DNA from: a virus
Reading direction: 5' to 3' (one strand)
Length of the DNA: 44,610 nt
Virus record (IMG/VR): IMGVR_UViG_3300023218_000158
A program made the translations under genes and the position numbers. Below the pieces are notes generated by a model. The model saw nothing but the letters and a program-made list of their open reading frames with translations. It did no database searches and had not been told where the DNA came from. Below are positions 7,957 through 12,661 of this stretch, piece by piece (the first letter of the stretch is position 1; each line of letters begins with the position of its first letter).

Positions 7957-8133
7957 TCACCTTCCTAAAGTTTGTTTTCTAATAATGTGGTCAATTGCGA
8001 TTCTGTGCTTTAGAACTTCTCTGTCTAGTTGGTCGATGAGTTTTTTATTAGTTTTGGTTTCAATAAAGAGGAAAAATAACAGGAGTAAAAACGCAATAAA
8101 GAAGACGAACTGCAATAAAGATATATTTTTCAT
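7957..8133 (-). CDS. Small N-terminally anchored membrane protein (58 aa)
   Basis: Hand-translated as MKNISLLQFVFFIAFLLLLFFLFIETKTNKKLIDQLDREVLKHRIAIDHIIRKQTLGR. Its end supplies the SD for the next gene. The track ORF 7985..8233 (+) is its antisense shadow. Confidence 0.45.
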   Translation of the reverse strand: MKNISLLQFVFFIAFLLLLFFLFIETKTNKKLIDQLDREVLKHRIAIDHIIRKQTLGR

Positions 8134-8207
8134 AAAACCAACCTTTTTTCTAAAGTGCTCTTTTTATAAGGCAAAGAAAAAAGCCTTGCAAGGTCTTTTT
8201 TGTATTT

Positions 8208-8699
8208 TTACAAAAATTCAAATGCAAATTTAGCCAGTAGCGCGGCTTCGGCCCTGCCGTCATGCTTTTTTAATCGAAAAAACTCCTTATAATCAGGCCA
8301 TAGAGATTTTGCCATGCTGAGGCTTTCAGATTTGTTTCTAGAAAGCCCAATGGCCGGCTTCCACACGCTGGGCCTAATTTTTAAAACCTCGATTTTATGG
8401 GCCCTCATGACGCCAAAAAGAAGCCCTGCGCCGTAGCCAAAACGAAACATGCCAACTGCGCCGTTTTTTGGCATTACTCCGACGTCCTCAATCACTGCTA
8501 GTTTTATAAAAGGCTCATAGTGCTCAATGAATTTTGAAAACGCTCTAGCGCAAATTAGTGGACGACCCGAATAGTCTTTTGTTAAGGGCAGGTCAATTAC
8601 TTTTAAATAAGAGTCTGAGACCAAAGCGGCAGCGCCTTTGAAACCAGGGTCAATTCCGAGAATACACGTTTTTTTGTTCATTATTGTTGAACTCTCCAT
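8208..8699 (-). CDS. RuvC-like Holliday junction resolvase
   Basis: ILGIDPGFKGAAALV (catalytic Asp), LAVIEDVGVMP (Glu), KKHDGRAEAALLAKFA (C-terminal acidic/His motif). The ATG at 8681 is an alternative start. Confidence 0.8.
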   Translation of the reverse strand: MESSTIMNKKTCILGIDPGFKGAAALVSDSYLKVIDLPLTKDYSGRPLICARAFSKFIEHYEPFIKLAVIEDVGVMPKNGAVGMFRFGYGAGLLFGVMRAHKIEVLKIRPSVWKPAIGLSRNKSESLSMAKSLWPDYKEFFRLKKHDGRAEAALLAKFAFEFL

Positions 8700-8716
8700 T
8701 AAGGGTGAACATTTTT

Positions 8717-8745
8717 CTTATAATGAAAAATTTATAAACCTACAA
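8717..8745 (-). promoter_or_regulatory. Candidate sigma70-like leftward promoter
   Basis: Minus sense: TTGTAG-N17-TATAAG, ~20 nt upstream of the RuvC-like ORF. A GTCCA repeat abuts the -35. Confidence 0.3.
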
Positions 8746-8746
8746 G

Positions 8747-9150
8747 GTCCAATAATAAGGGGAGTCGGGGAGTGGACAGCGTAACTATTTGTAATTATTA
8801 AAGAATCCGGGACCCCTGGACGCCCCTGTCCAGTTTGAAAAAGTTAAATGTCTAGAATCATTAGGGAATTTTAATGATGCCCCGCGCAGTCCAGGTGTCC
8901 AGGGGGGTGTCTCTATTTGTATGAGATATTTTTGCAGTGAATTTATCTATTATTTAATTATATTATAAATAATATAATTACATATTTTTACTACATTTTA
9001 TATTATATTAATATATTCTATTTTAGTTGGACAGGTTGGACTTTATGTTATAAAGAAAATTAAAGTTATTGAAATCATTAAAGAATTAATTATATTATAA
9101 ATACCCAGGGGGCAAAAATCGACCTGGACATGTCCAGGGGCCAGTTGGAC
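8747..9150. repeat. Array of 11 TGGAC/GTCCA core motifs (consensus YTGGACA), including two palindromic pairs
   Basis: Cores at 8747, 8773, 8817, 8828, 8889, 8897, 9028, 9037, 9125, 9132 and 9146. CTGGAC-N6-GTCCAG at 8816-8833. Perfect 16-bp palindrome CCTGGACATGTCCAGG at 9123-9138. Confidence 0.85.
8955..9102. repeat. 16-bp direct repeat TAATTATATTATAAAT bracketing the AT-rich core
   Basis: Identical copies at 8955-8970 and 9087-9102. Confidence 0.8.
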
Positions 9151-9176
9151 ATTTGGCGGTTTTTTGAGGTTTAGGG

Positions 9177-9300
9177 AGGTTATTTTTATTTAACCATAAA
9201 TAAAATAAAGTTGATTTTGAGGGCTATTTTTATTTAACTATAAATAAAATAAAGTTGATTTTGAAGGCTATTTTTATTATAAACTAAATAAAAATAATAA
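9177..9300. repeat. 44-bp AT-rich tandem repeat: 2 full copies and 1 diverged copy
   Basis: 9177-9220 and 9221-9264 differ at 3 of 44 positions (..CTATTTTTATTTAACTATAAATAAAATAAAGTTGATTTTGA). A third copy from 9265 diverges after ~14 nt. Confidence 0.85.
9255..9283 (+). promoter_or_regulatory. Candidate sigma70-like rightward promoter inside the third repeat copy
   Basis: TTGATT-N17-TATAAA, ~30 nt upstream of the ATG at 9315. The earlier repeat copies carry the same TTGATT but a poorer -10. Confidence 0.3.
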
Positions 9301-9314
9301 TAGGGGAGCGAAAA

Positions 9315-9533
9315 ATGCACAAAAAAGAAACACGCGGTCGGCCAAGAAAAAAGGGGCCTAAAAAGAAAACTTTCGGGGTTGCGTTATATCTTGAAGACAA
9401 AGAAATTGTAGTTGAAAAATACGGCGGGCTTTCACGATTTGTCGAATTAATGATTGATTTTCATATCAGAGGGCGTAAAGATTCACAAAATAAGGAGATT
9501 GAAAATGCAGAAATGCAACGGCTACTCAGTTAA
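9315..9533 (+). CDS. Small DNA-binding protein candidate (AT-hook-like RGRPRKKG plus ribbon-helix-helix-like core)
   Basis: 72 aa. N-terminal GRP AT-hook motif, then a beta-strand-like KTFGVALYL followed by two helices. SD GGGGAG upstream. First gene of the right arm. Confidence 0.5.
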   Translation: MHKKETRGRPRKKGPKKKTFGVALYLEDKEIVVEKYGGLSRFVELMIDFHIRGRKDSQNKEIENAEMQRLLS

Positions 9534-9762
9534 ACAACAAGACGCCGCTCTTTTAAGAGAAGCTCTATGTTGGGTTTACAAACGCTCCCCGGGCCAGGTT
9601 CAAGCCAAAATTAACCAAGTTTTAACAAGCTACGCCGCCCGTGTGGGCCAATATTGCGAACATCCTGAAAATACTTATATTGAGCTTGAAAAGACACATG
9701 CTTGTCTTGATTGTGGCCACAGAAATAAAAGATTAAAGGTTATTGAAAATGAATCTGATTGA
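9505..9762 (+). CDS. Hypothetical Cys-containing protein (85 aa)
   Basis: The ATG at 9505 has the AAGGAG SD 7 nt upstream (the track start 9454 lacks one). Contains CEHP...CLDCGH. Confidence 0.5.
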   Translation: MQKCNGYSVKQQDAALLREALCWVYKRSPGQVQAKINQVLTSYAARVGQYCEHPENTYIELEKTHACLDCGHRNKRLKVIENESD

Positions 9763-9952
9763 TTTTTGTTTTTTAATCTATCTTGTTATCGCTGGGATTT
9801 TTTGTGCGTTTTTTCTTTACCACGATATTTTTGAATCAGGAAAATGGGGCTACTTTTTGTCTGTGGTTTTTGCATTTTTATGGCCATTGGGAGTCTATTT
9901 CACATTAAAAGAAGCGCTTGTTGGTTTTTTAAAAAAACGTGGCTCAAAATGA
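9743..9952 (+). CDS. Small two-pass membrane protein (69 aa)
   Basis: Two hydrophobic helices (FCFLIYLVIAGIFCAFFLY; YFLSVVFAFLWPLGVYF). Confidence 0.55.
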   Translation: MKMNLIDFCFLIYLVIAGIFCAFFLYHDIFESGKWGYFLSVVFAFLWPLGVYFTLKEALVGFLKKRGSK

Positions 9953-9970
9953 GACTTTTTATTCCTATTT

Positions 9971-9999
9971 TTGCCTATTACGATAAAAAGTTCTAAAAT
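9971..9999 (+). promoter_or_regulatory. Near-consensus sigma70-like promoter for the receiver-domain gene
   Basis: TTGCCT-N17-TAAAAT. An AGGAG SD lies 8 nt before the ATG at 10021. Confidence 0.45.
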
Positions 10000-10020
10000 T
10001 AATAGATAGGAGTAACAGTT

Positions 10021-10386
10021 ATGAAAATTTTAATTTTAGACGATAGCCTAGACGCTTTAGATTTATTAGCAATGAAATTAGAAGACGAGGGCCATACAGT
10101 CTTGACTTTTTCTGACCAAATGAAAGCTTTGGACGCTTTGACTGAAGGAAAAGTTGACCTTATTATTACAGACTTGGAAATGCCAGGAATGGACGGTTAT
10201 AAGTTTTCTGAAGCTGCAAGACTTATTTCAAAAGCGCCAATTGTACTTCATACAGGACATATAAGCCCCGAGCGTCGTTTTCCAATAAGCTCGGTTGTTG
10301 AAAAGCTTGATTTTGAATCATTAAAAAAAGAAGTTCGCAAAGTGGAACTTTCAACTTGGCCCGTCGACCGAAGTTGTGATATTTAG
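10021..10386 (+). CDS. Stand-alone response-regulator receiver (CheY-like REC) domain protein
   Basis: 121 aa. KILILDDS (acidic pair), DLIITDLEMPGMDG (phospho-acceptor Asp context), VLHTGH (conserved Thr) and a late Lys (VVEKL). There is no output domain. Confidence 0.85.
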   Translation: MKILILDDSLDALDLLAMKLEDEGHTVLTFSDQMKALDALTEGKVDLIITDLEMPGMDGYKFSEAARLISKAPIVLHTGHISPERRFPISSVVEKLDFESLKKEVRKVELSTWPVDRSCDI

Positions 10387-10441
10387 AATTTAATCCGTTG
10401 TTGTAAGCTATCTCTTAACTGTTACTCCAGTGAGAGATTTT

Positions 10442-10479
10442 CGGCCCGGTAGTTTATAACTGCCGGGCCGTTTTCTTTT
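10442..10479 (+). terminator. Rho-independent terminator after the REC gene
   Basis: CGGCCCGG-N13-CCGGGCCG followed by TTTTCTTTT. Confidence 0.75.
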
Positions 10480-10540
10480 AAATCCTAGACCCTTAAAAAC
10501 ATTTAGTGTTAAATATGATATGATTTTTTAATGAGGGGCT

Positions 10541-10756
10541 ATGGGCTATCTTATAATTTCTCGAAAAATAAATGAGCGCATTCAAATTGGCGAAGACATT
10601 GAGATTCTTGTCAGTGATGTCCTGCATGGGAAGGTTGACATAGCTATTAATGCGCCGAAAGAAGTCCGTATTGAGAGAAAAGGCACTCATTTGCAAGAGG
10701 GAGATCATGGGATTAGAACTAGAAATAAGCTTAGAAAGCGACATAAAAAACCTTGA
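10541..10756 (+). CDS. csrA: CsrA/RsmA-family RNA-binding translational regulator homologue
   Basis: 71 aa. MGYLIISRKINERIQIGEDIEILVSDVLHGKVDIAINAPKEVRIERKG aligns by eye with E. coli CsrA [46 protein letters not shown]. It has an extra basic tail. Confidence 0.8.
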   Translation: MGYLIISRKINERIQIGEDIEILVSDVLHGKVDIAINAPKEVRIERKGTHLQEGDHGIRTRNKLRKRHKKP

Positions 10757-11342
10757 TTTATTTTTTGACAAGTTGCGTTTTAAGGCTGTGACCCTGGCAG
10801 CTAGGCAGGGGCTTAACAGGGCGGCCAGTAGAACGCAGTCAGAAGCTATGCGTCAGATAAGAAAAGAGCGCAACATCAAGCTTCAAGAATTAAAGGGCTC
10901 TAAGAAAAAAGGCTTGCCCCCTCGTGTTAGGATGTCTAAAGCCACGGGAATGAATTTGGCCACAATGGAAGCAAGCGTTAGTTTTAGTAACGCCCCATTG
11001 CCACTGATATTATTTCTTGTCGGAAAAAAAGAGCCCATTAAACAGACGCGTCCTAATCCCAAAAGAAAGCCTAGACGATTCGAAATAAAAAAGGGCGTTA
11101 AGGAGCCAAAGCGTGGGCTATTTGTGCAAAAGGCAAAGCGTGGCACGTCACGTTATCAAGTATTTCAAAGACGAGACCCTAAGCAAGTGCAGGAGGGATT
11201 TGTCAAACAAAGTGCGCCGAGTGTGGCGGAATTCCTTAGACAAAAAACTGCTATGTTGAATAAGATTGAAAAAAAGTCTATGACTTTACTACAAGTGGAA
11301 TTTGGTCGAGCACTTGAGAACCAACTTAATAAATTAAAGTAA
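10707..11342 (+). CDS. Virion morphogenesis protein, lambda gpZ-like (minor tail/tail completion) candidate
   Basis: ~211 aa from the ATG at 10707 (SD GAGGGAG). Resembles my recollection of gpZ: (L)NRAASRTQSEAMRQIRKE..., a basic KRKPRR stretch, C-terminal LENQLNKL. The start lies inside csrA. Confidence 0.45.
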   Translation: MGLELEISLESDIKNLDLFFDKLRFKAVTLAARQGLNRAASRTQSEAMRQIRKERNIKLQELKGSKKKGLPPRVRMSKATGMNLATMEASVSFSNAPLPLILFLVGKKEPIKQTRPNPKRKPRRFEIKKGVKEPKRGLFVQKAKRGTSRYQVFQRRDPKQVQEGFVKQSAPSVAEFLRQKTAMLNKIEKKSMTLLQVEFGRALENQLNKLK

Positions 11343-11581
11343 GACATGAGGGAGGGAGCCAAGTGTTTAAAAATTTTGCAATGCGTTTTGTGCTGCGTAT
11401 TAATTTGACAGCCCACGTTAAAATTAACGCACTTAGCCACATTTCTCAAGTCCAACATGTTAGATGTGAGCTGTATTCTAATACATTAGCCCTCATATCG
11501 AAGCTAGCGGGTCCTTACTGTTTCATTATGAGAGCAGGTAGCGCAGCGCGCAGGATTTGCCTAGTGTCTGAATTTTTTACA

Positions 11582-11602
11582 GGGTCCCCCCGGCCAGGGG
11601 TC
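11582..11602. other. GC-rich island in the AT-rich leader of terS; candidate cos/terminase recognition site
   Basis: GGGTCCCCCCGGCCAGGGGTC is flanked by repeated AATTTTTTAYA (11571, 11611) and CAGGGGT (11595, 11628). Its position upstream of a Nu1-like gene parallels lambda cos. Confidence 0.25.
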
Positions 11603-11639
11603 AGAGCGTCAATTTTTTATACACTTTCAGGGGTGGCCG

Positions 11640-12230
11640 ATGCGTGATTTTTCTGAAGAGGGGCTAGTCACTGCCGCCGAGTTCGCTAGGCTTATTGGTC
11701 GGACAAAGCGCCGGGTTTATAACGCGATACGAGACGGAAAAATCACTTCTGAGAAAATTAAAAATCGCCATTATGTGAATGTGGAAGTTGCGAAGCGTCA
11801 ATGGCGCGAGACCATGAGTCCTACTTCTGTTGCAAAGCAAAAGAAAATTCAAGAAGAGCAAGAGCAGAACGCGGTTTCTGAGACCGAGCGGTTCTTGGCT
11901 AAACAGGCCGGAGAGACTGACGAGAAAAAAATTACTTTGGCCGAGGCCCAGCGAAGAGAAAAAGTTTTTAAGGCCCGGCAGGCGGAATTGAAATATTTAG
12001 AACAAGCGGGCGAACTAATAAAAATCAGTACAGTCAGAAAAGAAGGTTTTGAGATTGCCAGAAAAACTCGCGACGCGATCATGTCAATCCCGACTAGAGT
12101 CGCGCACGAGTTTGCTTCTGAAACGGACCCACATAAAATAGAAGTCGATTTGAGCCAGGAGCTTAACCGTGTTTTGCAAAAATTGGCTGAGGATTTAGAA
12201 AATGATGAAAGCGAAAGCGATGTGCCCTAG
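11640..12230 (+). CDS. terS: Terminase small subunit, lambda Nu1-like
   Basis: 196 aa. N-terminal winged-HTH (VTAAEFARLIGRTKRRVYNAIRDGKI) and central AQRREKVFKARQAELKYLEQAGELI, similar to lambda Nu1 ERHRLTRAQADAQELKNARD. Lies upstream of TerL. Confidence 0.7.
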   Translation: MRDFSEEGLVTAAEFARLIGRTKRRVYNAIRDGKITSEKIKNRHYVNVEVAKRQWRETMSPTSVAKQKKIQEEQEQNAVSETERFLAKQAGETDEKKITLAEAQRREKVFKARQAELKYLEQAGELIKISTVRKEGFEIARKTRDAIMSIPTRVAHEFASETDPHKIEVDLSQELNRVLQKLAEDLENDESESDVP

Positions 12231-12357
12231 ATGTGGTTGTGACAATATCAATGAAATTGAAATTAAGAAGAAAAATAAAATTAAGGGAAGGAAGCTTGTC
12301 TGCGTGGGGTGCAGACACGAGTGGCCTTCTTTTGTGTTAGGGAGACAACATGACTAA
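12202..12357 (+). CDS. Small zinc-ribbon protein (51 aa)
   Basis: Hand-translated as MMKAKAMCPRCGCDNINEIEIKKKNKIKGRKLVCVGCRHEWPSFVLGRQHD (CxxC...CxxC). It overlaps the terS end and the next ATG. Confidence 0.4.
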   Translation: MMKAKAMCPRCGCDNINEIEIKKKNKIKGRKLVCVGCRHEWPSFVLGRQHD

Positions 12358-12661
12358 AAAAGAATATCTAGAATTTCACAAAAATTTTTGCGAAGACATG
12401 GTTTTAGTAACTGAAAAGAAAAATGCTGACTACACGGGAGAGGGAGACGACCCGTTTGCGAATTTTAAAATAGTTGAAAAGATTGGCATTTGCAGAGCAG
12501 AGGTCGGGTTTTTAACTCGAATGACTGATAAGCTTTCCCGGATAAACAGCTTTGTCCAAAAAGGCGAGCTTAAAGTTGAAGACGAAAGTATCAAAGACAC
12601 TTTACACGATTTGGCAAATTACTGTGCGCTGTTTGCAGGATACATTGAAAGTCAAAAATGA
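12350..12661 (+). CDS. DUF1599-like / all-alpha NTP-pyrophosphohydrolase-like small protein
   Basis: 103 aa. KKNADYTGEGDDPFANF ... RMTDKLSRI ... DTLHDLANYCAL matches the pattern I recall for DUF1599 (KN.DYG..DPF.NF...R..DK..R...D...D..NY). Not verified by search. Confidence 0.5.
   Translation: MTKKEYLEFHKNFCEDMVLVTEKKNADYTGEGDDPFANFKIVEKIGICRAEVGFLTRMTDKLSRINSFVQKGELKVEDESIKDTLHDLANYCALFAGYIESQK

Larger units (their letters stand above)
8700..9314. promoter_or_regulatory. Divergent control region between the two genome arms; candidate origin and operator region
   Basis: 615 bp without a credible ORF. GC-rich YTGGACA repeats flank a nearly pure A/T core (~8925-9110), followed by 44-bp tandem repeats. 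Confidence 0.7.

Noticed and set aside
8170-8207. Palindrome CCTTGCAAGG plus a T-run downstream of the RuvC-like gene, considered as an intrinsic terminator
   Set aside because: A loop-less 10-bp palindrome cannot form a stable hairpin. The alternative AAGGC/GCCTT stem is only 5 bp, and the operon clearly continues with tightly coupled genes.
7985-8233. 82-aa plus-strand ORF between two minus-strand genes
   Set aside because: It runs antisense to the operon and has no SD. It is fully explained as the shadow of a better minus-strand 58-aa membrane ORF (7957..8133), which is SD-linked to the downstream gene.
9454-9504. Upstream extension of the 9454..9762 ORF, overlapping the 9315..9533 gene by 80 nt
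   Set aside because: The internal ATG at 9505 has an AAGGAG SD at ideal spacing, and the 9454 start has none. I called the shorter form.
10493-10771. 92-aa minus-strand ORF antisense to csrA
   Set aside because: The plus-strand frame gives a near full-length CsrA-like sequence. The antisense product is low-complexity with no start context.
11363-11647. 94-aa plus-strand ORF, and a vaguely tRNA-like stretch (ggtagcgcagcgcgcagg), in the gap before terS
   Set aside because: The ORF has no SD, an odd composition, and overlaps an equally implausible antisense ORF (11165..11458). The tRNA-like stretch lacks a T-loop (GGTTCGAATCC-like) and cannot be folded into an acceptor stem or cloverleaf by eye. 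I treat the region as non-coding (cos/promoter candidate).
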